Of a DNA stretch of 36,934 nucleotides, positions 17,582-26,195 are shown piece by piece. Origin of the DNA: a virus (lineage: Duplodnaviria > Caudoviricetes). Position 1 is the first letter of the stretch. Every line of letters begins with the position of its first letter. The stretch spans positions 1-36,934 of the IMG/VR virus record IMGVR_UViG_3300025458_000007. One strand, 5' to 3'. A program made the translations under genes and the position numbers. The notes under the pieces are model-generated. The model did no database searches, was not told the origin of the DNA, and saw only the letters and a list, made by a program, of their open reading frames with translations.

Positions 17582-17596
17582 GTCCACTGTGGACTT
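17580..17596. promoter_or_regulatory. Palindromic motif copy 3 (AAGTCCAC-T-GTGGACTT)
   Basis: Abuts the stop codon (17597-17599) of the giant - strand gene. Confidence 0.7.
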
Positions 17597-20500
17597 TTAC
17601 CTAGTGCCTAACTCACTTTCGAGTTTCTGTTGCTTCTTCCAGTCTCTGTCTCCTGCTTTAAATAGTACTGTTATAGGGGTACGTTTCAAGGAATTAGGCG
17701 CGTTATTGAAGAACGGTCGTATGTTGTCCTTAGCGGCTTGCAGTTTATACCAGGCTCCTTCCGCGTTACGCCTCGCTTTTTGGTCTTTCGCTTTGCTAGC
17801 ACGTTTATGCTCGCTTGTTATTTCCTGCTGACGTCTAGTAAAGTACTCCTTGATTTCGTACTGTTCTCCTCTATTCCACTTCAAGTTAGAAACCTGACTC
17901 ACCGGAATACCTAAAGCGTTTGCTATAAGGGGTAACATATCGAAATTATCGGGGTTAGCTACAACAGTGCCTGCGCTATCGGTGTACCCTTCCGTCCCAA
18001 GTCTGTAGGACTCCATGGGCGACTTTAACACCTTAGGGGAGACGCTCTCTAGGGCTCTGTAGTAATTGTCTTCTTTTGCGAACTCAAAACCCCTAACAAC
18101 GTTAGCCGCTTGGCCCCCTGTTGGGCCGAACGCTCCATAGACGTATTCCCACAGTCCATCAAGGGAAAGGTCGAAATCCCCGAAGGGAACCAAGTCAAAA
18201 ATACCAGCGTGGCTTAACTTTATAGACGCGTCTATACCAAGGGCACTAAGAACTCCTCGGTTTATCATAGTGGCTACGGTTTTATTGTCAACGTTTTCAT
18301 CTACCATACGCTCGATGTAACCTTTAGTGTCCTTAGGTTCTTCGTCGTCCTCACCAAACATACCTGCTAGTAATAAGTATATAGCAGTAAACTTAGCAAT
18401 TGCAGGTAGTCCTCTGACACCCGAAAACACAGCAGTGTGCATTAGTAGGAATGCTACAGTTCTAGCACCTATGATTTTCTCTTGTTTAGTCACCCCCTTA
18501 AAGGCCTGGAATGTTGCTCTAGCGTACGCCCACATCATCATTACTGAGAACTTACGGAACTGGAGCGCTACTTTACCCACAGGGTTTTTACCTACCGTCT
18601 TGAAGAAGTACGGGGCTCCCGTAGATGAGAAGTCACCTTGAGCGTCTTGAACTACTTTAACCGCGAACTCTTCTGGAGTCAGCCTCATGTGCTTGATGGC
18701 TTCAGGGTTCTCAGTAGCCAAGTCAAACGCTGCGATAGCTGTAGACACGCGGTTATAGGACTCTACTAGCCTTGGAACTTGGTAAGCTCTATGGCTTATA
18801 GTAGCAGCCCCTCTTGAGGTAGCATCAAACGCCTTGAAGCCTGTACTTGTTTCTTTAAGGCTAGAAAGGTCTTCCTCTACGCCAACGTCCAACTGCCCCA
18901 TGTTTTGGATTCTAGACAGTACGTGTCTGTACTTAGCAGGGGCCGCGTCTACATCAATAACCGTCTGCCATGTTACTTTCTTACCTCCAGTAAAAGGTAC
19001 CTTTCCATCGTAACCTACAATATCACCAGCTACGTGGTACCCGTTCATTATCTTAGTACGAACGTTGTTCCAACCGCCAAATGTTCCTGCTAGTATAGGG
19101 TGCGCTACTGCAAAAGTTTGAGTTGCGTTTTGCACATGGTAACCAAACGAAGAAGTAAGTAGGCTAAACGCGTTGTACGAAAGGATTGCATCTGCAATTC
19201 GGGTTTCACCCTTAGCTAAAGTTGAAGTGTAGTGCTTTATAACGGCATTGTTCAACTTCATCACATTAGGGTTTTTACTTTCTTTAGCCTGAGCAGTCAT
19301 TTCCGCCAAGGTTACATTTATGTCTTTACCGTACTTTAGGGTTGCCGCTAAGTTAGCTTCTGCTTTAGCATGCTCTATGAAGTTGAACAGCATGTTGTCG
19401 TTGTAACCAGCGTAACCTTTCCTCCTAGTTTGCGAATGACGTGCATTAGCATCCTCTAAAGCAGAATGGTACATATCTTCTAACATAGACTCAAAAGCTT
19501 TTTTTGCTCCCGGGTCTAGGTCTAAAGTTTTCATAGCCCCGTAAACTTTCTCTAAAACTTTAACGTCCGGTACGCGCCCGTCACTTACACTTTCTCCTTT
19601 AGGGGATACTGTGCTCGTCGCGTATTTACTCGCTTTAGCATCTTTGTGTTTGTTAGCTTCGCCTTCTGTCTGGTGGAAACTTATCTCGTAGTACTTATCG
19701 TTGGTCTTTAGGCTCTCCAGTTTTTTACTTAGTAGTTTCTCCTTGTAAGGGGGTAAGCCGCCTTTTTTAATTTGCGCTTCTATATCTACCACTTCTTTCG
19801 ACTTATGCTCTACAATGTAATCACCAAATCGCATTAAAGGAGCGTACGGGCCTTCCATCTGCGTAAACCCTAGGAACTCGCTGTCTATACCTAGCTCTAC
19901 AGACAAGTCCTTAAGCATGGTTGCCATATCGTGCCCGTGCTTGAACACGTCGATAACTACTTTTTGCTCGGAGTCAGACAGCACTTCTGTAAATTCTTTA
20001 TGGAAATCTTTGTCTACAGTAACGGTACGCCCATCTATATTAGGGTCTGCCGGCCACAATTGTTCCGTGGTTGCCTTTTGGATAAATGAGTTAACTAGTT
20101 GTCGACGCTCAAATGTCATTTCTCGTGCCTGTACTGCTACACTTTCAACAGAGCGAACAATTTTGTTGCGCATTACATCTTTATCTCTGAGTACCTTTTC
20201 TACGTCTACAGCCGCAGGTAGTTCAAACCGGTGCTTGTATATCAAACTACTTAAGAAATCTAAGGACTCCGCTGATTTCTTAGCGAACGAAGCTAAAGTG
20301 TCCCATTGGTACGCAGCATTTTTACCACCGACAAACTTTACGACTCTACGTATGTTGCGTCTATCATTATGGTTACGCTCGTTCTTAATTGAAAAACGAA
20401 CATAGTCTTTCTTCTTAGACAGAGGGATATCAAGCAACTTACCGCCTGAGTCCGTCATCCTAATAGTGCCGGAAGTTATAATGTTGTCTTCGTTGAATAT

Positions 20501-23500
20501 TACTTTGTTATAGGTACCTTCAAGGATTTTAGAGTCCCTAGAGCTTCCTTCTTCATCAGCGATTGACCCCTGCGTGGCTCTAGCTTTCCTCTTAAACACT
20601 GCGCCTAAAGAACTGTCTGACAGCGCGTCTAGTTCGCTAGGAAGGCCGCCTGGTTCAGTTACGTCTACAGTCTTAGTACCCTTAATGCCTGCCCTATCCA
20701 TTATCGCAGCGATTTTAGCAGAGTGGCGCATTTCCCCTTCTATTTGGTTAGCTACCTTTAAGTCGTCATGAGTTACTTTGTGAGTGTCCGCCAACTCATT
20801 AATAAGCTGGTACCCTTTACTGCCTTTTTTAGTGTGCCCTGCTTCGATAAGGAATAAAGTTTCGTACAGGGCTCTACCTGACATTTCCTCCAAACTAGCA
20901 CCTTCGTCATTTTCAGACACTATTAGCGCTTGCAGCTCTTTACTCATGGAGTTAACAAAGTCCACAACTATTTTCTGCTCGCTTATACGGTCGTCCAAAG
21001 ACATAAGCTCCTCGTCAGTTACTAGAACATCAACCATGTGCGTGTAAACCTGAGGAGAACCACTAAGGTGGTCTACCATAGTTCCAAGGGTAGCAACCTC
21101 TTCCGTTGAGAACATGCGTGCGCCGTTCTCATCTCGAAGTTCTAGTGCTACATCCATCGAGTCTCCTGATTTAATATGAGTTACAGTAACGGTGTGCCCC
21201 CCTTCGCCGCCTTTGGTATAGGTGAACTCAAACCCTCCCCAAGCTAGAGGCTTCCATTTGTTGCCTCCTAGTAGGTAAGTACCCTCCTTAGTCAACTTCT
21301 CAAGCTTCTTAGTTAAACCAGGCGTTACTGACTTAACCGCATCTTTTTTGGATAGGTTAAGCAAACTGTTCAACTTAACGGGTTTAGTCGCCCCTTTACT
21401 AATTTCTTTTGCGTATACCCCAGCTGAACCAAAGCGGTCTGCTATGTTAAACCCAAAACCGTTTACTGCTCCATCTAGCCCCGAGCCGGCGTGAGTAAGG
21501 TCTACGTCGCCTATCTTTTCAGTAGTTGATACGTGGTATGTTTTGTTAATCTCCAAACGAGCAGCACCATACGCAGCGTCAACTAAGTTTTCAATAGTAA
21601 TAGACTTAGCATTACCTCCCGTTAGGGAGTCCATGAAATTCTTCAACGTGTTGTACGCCGTTTTAATTATCGAGCGTAGAGAACCTTTAGGTCCAGGCTT
21701 CGACGCGATAGGATTAATCCCATGGTTTTGCACTCCAAACTGTACAGCGTAAGCAACGGTTTCGCTGTCTACTTCCGCTTGGGTCATAAGGGCTTCCCCT
21801 CGGGCCTTGTGCGTCTCCTGTATGTAATCTATCCTGGCTTCTACTTCAAGCGCAACTTGCTGTTCAATAGAACCGTCGTTTCGTGATGCCCAACTTCTGA
21901 TGGTGTTCGCAACCTTAGAGGTTGCCTTACCGCCCATAAGGCTCTGCATACCCATGTGGACGCCAACTTCGTGGACGAATATACCCGCTACCGACATTTG
22001 GTCTGACGCCATGTCCATCTCATCTAATATGAAGAACGCGTGCTTTACCCCATTATTAAGCCTAACGAAGGCTACACCATTACCGTGTATATAGGCTCCT
22101 TTTTTAGTGATGCTTTCAATTTCTTCTTTAGCTACGGTCTCTCCAAGCATATTTCCATCTACGATTGCGGCGCTAAGCTCCGCGTGTGATTGGAATATGT
22201 GGATGCGTCGCATATCCCTAGACGTCGCCTTGTCCCTACCCATTAACTCAGCTACGAAACCTTCGACGTCTCCGTGGGTTACCTTATAAGGGGAGTTATT
22301 TTCTCGTTGCACTCCATCACGGAACGCAAACTGAGGCTTACTCTCATTTGGCTTCGAGTCTACAATTTCGTTAATTCTTCGTTGGAAAGGCAGAGCGTCA
22401 AAACCCGTAGAACTAACCATCGAAACTAAATCAGGGTTGTCTCGTTTCCAATACTTACCTAATACACTTCTAGCGTACTTACGGGCTTCGGTTTTATTTA
22501 GTTTGGCTTTCTTTGTTGTATTCACCGGGGCCGCTTTTTCGGCCGCGTCTCGGGATTCAAATTCTTTCTTCGCGGCAACCGCGGCCACTTTAACGTCAAC
22601 CCCTGCTACTTTATCCACGAAGGCGTAGAAGCCTTTAAGGTCTCTCTTTTTAAGAAGGGGGACAAGGCGTTTTCTGTCGGTTTCCCAGTCGCGCCCGAGA
22701 TGTTTCTCAGCGTAGGCTACTGCGGCTTGTTGCTTCTTAGTGTACTTTTTGGCCCGTGGTTTTGGAGCGTCCTTTCCATTATTGGCGACAGCGGTATTCC
22801 CGCTTCCTTGGCTTCCTGTAGAACTTTTGCCGAGTCCCTTAGTCTCTTTCGCGCTTTCAGTTGGACGCTTTTGTTTAGTTTGAGCATTAGGTTCTCCTAG
22901 TAGTGTTGGGTATGTAGTGTTCTCTATTTCCTGTAAATCTTTTTGTAATTGCGTTTCGTTCTTTGTCTGCGCGTACTCGTCTATGGATAGGTGCCAGTCG
23001 TACTTAGCTCCATCAGACAAACCGTCGTAGTTAATACCCTCTTCGTTTTGGTGTTCGCCCCAAAGAGTACTAGCTATTTTTTTCTCAGCTTTGTTGTTTA
23101 TTACAGAATCTCTTCTAGCCGATAATTTTAACTCACTAACAACTACCTGCTTAAGTTCTGGGTGTTGGACCACTAAATCATTTAGCTCTTTGTTAAATGA
23201 GGCCCACTCTTCCGCACTAGCATTGTTTTGTCGTAACTTGTCGCCCCTTTTACGGTGCGTTTCTAGTTTTTTAACAGAAGCCCTTTCTTCGGCTGAAGCT
23301 TTTTTGTCTACCCAGGTTTCTTCTTCTTTACTAAGAGTAAAGATTTCACCTTTGGAGCCTCCAGCGGTTACTGTTTTTGACTGGTCTACCTCGCCTTCTA
23401 TTAGCTTACGTGGGCTAAGCACGCCGCTGTCTGCGTCGTCCTCTAACGAAACAAGATTACTTGCAGAAGTAGTTGCCCTTTCTAGGCTGGTATCTGAAGA

Positions 23501-26182
23501 TGGGTACTTTGCAGACAGGTATTCTCGGTAGTCCTTTAAGAAGCTATCGGTATCTTTGTAACCATAAGACTCCGCCAGTATTTTTGCGATAGTCTTTTTG
23601 TTGTACGTTACGTCATCTGACTTATTTAGTCCTGCTGCTTTAACAACTTCACTGTTCATGAAGTCGCCTTTTTTGTCTATGAAGTCGCCTAAAGTACCGT
23701 CCTGTAGAACACTACTAAACCATTTTACAAGTTTGGGTCTGTTCTTACTCCTACCAGTTGGGTTCCAATTAATAGCAGCGGTGTTTAACGCGCGCTGTAC
23801 TAAGTCGTTTGACTCCTCACCCGTAGTAGCCACCCCGGTTTCACCAGTAATTGATATCTCAGTTTCCCCAGTAGTCGGTGTTACTTCGTTTGTTTCTTCG
23901 ATAGAAGAAGCTTCTTCTGCTTGAGATTTAACTGCATCAGCTATAGCTTTGTCGAACCCTTTAGAAGAATAGCGTTTGTCGTTGTTTATGAGTTGGCTTA
24001 GCCCTGCATGCGTTTCTTCAAAGTTCTCACCTAGAGCTTCAGCTGCTTTATCCCAAGAGGCCTTTCGTACTTTCTTTTTAGTTCCTATGAAAGGATTACT
24101 AGGGAACGCTTCTGCGTTCTCGTTAGTTTCACCTTGGGTCTCAGCAAGTGTTTCTTCAGTGGTTTCTACAGTGGGTTCCAATACTTGAGGGGTTGGGTTC
24201 GCCTCTTGCTCTAATGCGTGAGCGTCTAGGGCCGTAACGTACGCAGCGTGTTCATCTGCGGTATTCGGCTTTACAACGTTATCTTTTAAGAATAATTTAA
24301 ACGCCTCGTCAGTTGGAGCCCCTTCCTCGTTAGTGTCGTGCATCCCTGGAGCCACAACCTCAGGGTCATTTTTCCACGATAGGAACTGTTTTCCAATTTC
24401 TGTATTAGGGTCGTTAACATCAGCCTTTTGCTGATTAAATACAACTTCTCGGTTGGCTTTAACCCAATCCTTCTCATTAGGGAATGTCTTAGCGTGCTTG
24501 TTGCGAAGCTCAAACCGCTTATCATCCATGGGAACGGCGGTAGGTTGTTCACCATTTATCTCTGTATCAACTACTACTGGATTAAGGTGAGCATCAGCTC
24601 TACTATCAATAGCAGGCTGGCTAGGGTCTACAGCGTCGGCGCTAGCATTAGGGTCGAGCACGTCAATAACCCCCTTTTCTATTGCACCCGTTACGTCTTT
24701 ATTGCCTACGTCTTCGTTTATTTGATTAGACACCTTACGCATCTTACGACCTGAGTATAGAGAAGTTACTACAGATAGTATGGAGCCAACTGTGAATCCT
24801 ACTTCTGCTCCATGTTCCACATCGACAAGCATCTTTCGCTCAGGGTCGTACTTAACTAAATCAGACGCTGAGATGTTGTTCATGATAGTTTGAACCGCCT
24901 CCTGCAGGGCCTCTTCAGTACCCTCGGATAGCATTTTACGTAAGGTAAATCTAATGCTACCTCCCGTACCCTTGTCTATCCTATTTAACATGCTAGCTAG
25001 AGGCATAGCCTCTGTTGTACCTATGAGTGCGCCTATGTCACTAGCAGTAAACGCATCCTCTAGACTAGCGTCATGGTTTAGAGCGTCTTCAAAACTAGCG
25101 GTACTGTTAACCAAAGAGCCCTGCGCAGCTATTCCACCGAAATTAGCAACCTTTCCGCCTCTACCTTTTGTAGCAAGATTAATTAAAAATTGGTTGGCCA
25201 TAAACGTAACCGCCTGCCCCCCCGCTTCAGGTACATCTTTTAGCCAAAAATTATCTGTCCTAGGGTCTAGTTTGGTTGTATCGGGTTTATATTCTTTAAT
25301 ACTATTAGATAAAGCAAAGTATTCGCTCGAGTTACCAGTTTTTTCTTCTAGCCGTGCAATCTCAGCGTCTATGTATTCAGGGGTTACTAAAGATTTTAAC
25401 CCGTTGTCTGCGGGGTTATACATAAACGGTTTACCGTCTTCCCCACCATTGGAACGAAGGGCGCGCAGCGTAAGCAGTTTTTCCAAGTCGGTCTGAAGTA
25501 AATTAAGCTCTACGCCTTTAGTCATCATCGACTGGTTAGTGACAGACCCACTAGCAAAGTTCTTAGCTACGGCTTCTGCTTTAGAGGCGAATGACGGCTC
25601 TTCAGAGAAGAAAGCTTCTTCGGGCATTTTGCTCTTTGCAAACTTTAAACGGTCTACTAACGGTCGTCCTGCATAGTCCTCCGTCTCACCGGCATCTATT
25701 TGACCCTGGATTTTATTAGCTTCTTCCGCCCACGAAGATGTACCCATACCTCCATCGGTTAGGAACATAGGAGTCCCATCATCAAAAGAATAATCTGTTT
25801 CGGGTATGATAGAAGTCGGGTCTTTTACAGTCGAATCAGCTGTAGGAGCCAAACCGGTCGTAGGTGTAGGTGTGTTACTAGTAGCCGTTAAACCGGTCGT
25901 AGGTGTAGTACCCGTAAACCCTGATGTAGGTGTATTACTGGTATCCGTTAAACCGGTCGTAGGTGTAGGTGTATTACTGGTATCCGTTAAACCGGTCGTA
26001 GGTGTAGGTGTATTACTGGTATCCGTTAAACCGGTCGTAGGTGTAGGTGTAGTACTATCATCCTGCTCTTTGCTTAGAAACTCAACTTGGACATATTCGT
26101 ATATGTCTTCCATTTTAGTTCCGCTGGGAGCAGTAACCTCATAAGTATTACCGTTAGGTGCCTCAACTCTATATAACGCCAT
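17597..26182 (-). CDS. Giant polyvalent virion/DNA-ejection protein (PLxRFG family, 2861 aa)
   Basis: YAPLMRFGDY motif; HEVGVH zincin-like motif; degenerate ADP-ribosyltransferase-like segment; hydrophobic C-terminal helical region (ALQFRKFS...GVRGLP); last gene of the virion operon. Confidence 0.8.
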   Translation of the reverse strand: MALYRVEAPNGNTYEVTAPSGTKMEDIYEYVQVEFLSKEQDDSTTPTPTTGLTDTSNTPTPTTGLTDTSNTPTPTTGLTDTSNTPTSGFTGTTPTTGLTATSNTPTPTTGLAPTADSTVKDPTSIIPETDYSFDDGTPMFLTDGGMGTSSWAEEANKIQGQIDAGETEDYAGRPLVDRLKFAKSKMPEEAFFSEEPSFASKAEAVAKNFASGSVTNQSMMTKGVELNLLQTDLEKLLTLRALRSNGGEDGKPFMYNPADNGLKSLVTPEYIDAEIARLEEKTGNSSEYFALSNSIKEYKPDTTKLDPRTDNFWLKDVPEAGGQAVTFMANQFLINLATKGRGGKVANFGGIAAQGSLVNSTASFEDALNHDASLEDAFTASDIGALIGTTEAMPLASMLNRIDKGTGGSIRFTLRKMLSEGTEEALQEAVQTIMNNISASDLVKYDPERKMLVDVEHGAEVGFTVGSILSVVTSLYSGRKMRKVSNQINEDVGNKDVTGAIEKGVIDVLDPNASADAVDPSQPAIDSRADAHLNPVVVDTEINGEQPTAVPMDDKRFELRNKHAKTFPNEKDWVKANREVVFNQQKADVNDPNTEIGKQFLSWKNDPEVVAPGMHDTNEEGAPTDEAFKLFLKDNVVKPNTADEHAAYVTALDAHALEQEANPTPQVLEPTVETTEETLAETQGETNENAEAFPSNPFIGTKKKVRKASWDKAAEALGENFEETHAGLSQLINNDKRYSSKGFDKAIADAVKSQAEEASSIEETNEVTPTTGETEISITGETGVATTGEESNDLVQRALNTAAINWNPTGRSKNRPKLVKWFSSVLQDGTLGDFIDKKGDFMNSEVVKAAGLNKSDDVTYNKKTIAKILAESYGYKDTDSFLKDYREYLSAKYPSSDTSLERATTSASNLVSLEDDADSGVLSPRKLIEGEVDQSKTVTAGGSKGEIFTLSKEEETWVDKKASAEERASVKKLETHRKRGDKLRQNNASAEEWASFNKELNDLVVQHPELKQVVVSELKLSARRDSVINNKAEKKIASTLWGEHQNEEGINYDGLSDGAKYDWHLSIDEYAQTKNETQLQKDLQEIENTTYPTLLGEPNAQTKQKRPTESAKETKGLGKSSTGSQGSGNTAVANNGKDAPKPRAKKYTKKQQAAVAYAEKHLGRDWETDRKRLVPLLKKRDLKGFYAFVDKVAGVDVKVAAVAAKKEFESRDAAEKAAPVNTTKKAKLNKTEARKYARSVLGKYWKRDNPDLVSMVSSTGFDALPFQRRINEIVDSKPNESKPQFAFRDGVQRENNSPYKVTHGDVEGFVAELMGRDKATSRDMRRIHIFQSHAELSAAIVDGNMLGETVAKEEIESITKKGAYIHGNGVAFVRLNNGVKHAFFILDEMDMASDQMSVAGIFVHEVGVHMGMQSLMGGKATSKVANTIRSWASRNDGSIEQQVALEVEARIDYIQETHKARGEALMTQAEVDSETVAYAVQFGVQNHGINPIASKPGPKGSLRSIIKTAYNTLKNFMDSLTGGNAKSITIENLVDAAYGAARLEINKTYHVSTTEKIGDVDLTHAGSGLDGAVNGFGFNIADRFGSAGVYAKEISKGATKPVKLNSLLNLSKKDAVKSVTPGLTKKLEKLTKEGTYLLGGNKWKPLAWGGFEFTYTKGGEGGHTVTVTHIKSGDSMDVALELRDENGARMFSTEEVATLGTMVDHLSGSPQVYTHMVDVLVTDEELMSLDDRISEQKIVVDFVNSMSKELQALIVSENDEGASLEEMSGRALYETLFLIEAGHTKKGSKGYQLINELADTHKVTHDDLKVANQIEGEMRHSAKIAAIMDRAGIKGTKTVDVTEPGGLPSELDALSDSSLGAVFKRKARATQGSIADEEGSSRDSKILEGTYNKVIFNEDNIITSGTIRMTDSGGKLLDIPLSKKKDYVRFSIKNERNHNDRRNIRRVVKFVGGKNAAYQWDTLASFAKKSAESLDFLSSLIYKHRFELPAAVDVEKVLRDKDVMRNKIVRSVESVAVQAREMTFERRQLVNSFIQKATTEQLWPADPNIDGRTVTVDKDFHKEFTEVLSDSEQKVVIDVFKHGHDMATMLKDLSVELGIDSEFLGFTQMEGPYAPLMRFGDYIVEHKSKEVVDIEAQIKKGGLPPYKEKLLSKKLESLKTNDKYYEISFHQTEGEANKHKDAKASKYATSTVSPKGESVSDGRVPDVKVLEKVYGAMKTLDLDPGAKKAFESMLEDMYHSALEDANARHSQTRRKGYAGYNDNMLFNFIEHAKAEANLAATLKYGKDINVTLAEMTAQAKESKNPNVMKLNNAVIKHYTSTLAKGETRIADAILSYNAFSLLTSSFGYHVQNATQTFAVAHPILAGTFGGWNNVRTKIMNGYHVAGDIVGYDGKVPFTGGKKVTWQTVIDVDAAPAKYRHVLSRIQNMGQLDVGVEEDLSSLKETSTGFKAFDATSRGAATISHRAYQVPRLVESYNRVSTAIAAFDLATENPEAIKHMRLTPEEFAVKVVQDAQGDFSSTGAPYFFKTVGKNPVGKVALQFRKFSVMMMWAYARATFQAFKGVTKQEKIIGARTVAFLLMHTAVFSGVRGLPAIAKFTAIYLLLAGMFGEDDEEPKDTKGYIERMVDENVDNKTVATMINRGVLSALGIDASIKLSHAGIFDLVPFGDFDLSLDGLWEYVYGAFGPTGGQAANVVRGFEFAKEDNYYRALESVSPKVLKSPMESYRLGTEGYTDSAGTVVANPDNFDMLPLIANALGIPVSQVSNLKWNRGEQYEIKEYFTRRQQEITSEHKRASKAKDQKARRNAEGAWYKLQAAKDNIRPFFNNAPNSLKRTPITVLFKAGDRDWKKQQKLESELGTR
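22717..22887 (-). CDS. Candidate nested overprinted ORF (+1 frame, 56 aa)
   Basis: AGGAGA, 5 nt, then ATG at 22887; MLKLNKSVQLKARKRLRDSAKVLQEAKEAGIPLSPIMERTLQNHGPKSTLRSNKPQ*. Confidence 0.35.
   Translation of the reverse strand: MLKLNKSVQLKARKRLRDSAKVLQEAKEAGIPLSPIMERTLQNHGPKSTLRSNKPQ
25851..26052 (-). repeat. In-frame 39-bp tandem repeat encoding (TPTPTTGLTDTSN)n
   Basis: About 3 perfect units at 25925-26050, plus degenerate units down to 25851. Confidence 0.95.
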
Positions 26183-26195
26183 ATACGGCTCCTTA

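Noticed and set aside
17328-17596. tRNA, tmRNA, SRP, 6S or hammerhead identity for the structured gap
   Set aside because: I could not find a T-loop GTTCRA with cloverleaf, an SRP core or a CTGANGA/GAAA core; left as an unassigned structured element.
25851-26052. Possible CRISPR array (regular ~39-bp periodicity)
   Set aside because: Units are head-to-tail with no unique spacers, are a multiple of 3 and lie in frame in a coding gene; no cas operon.
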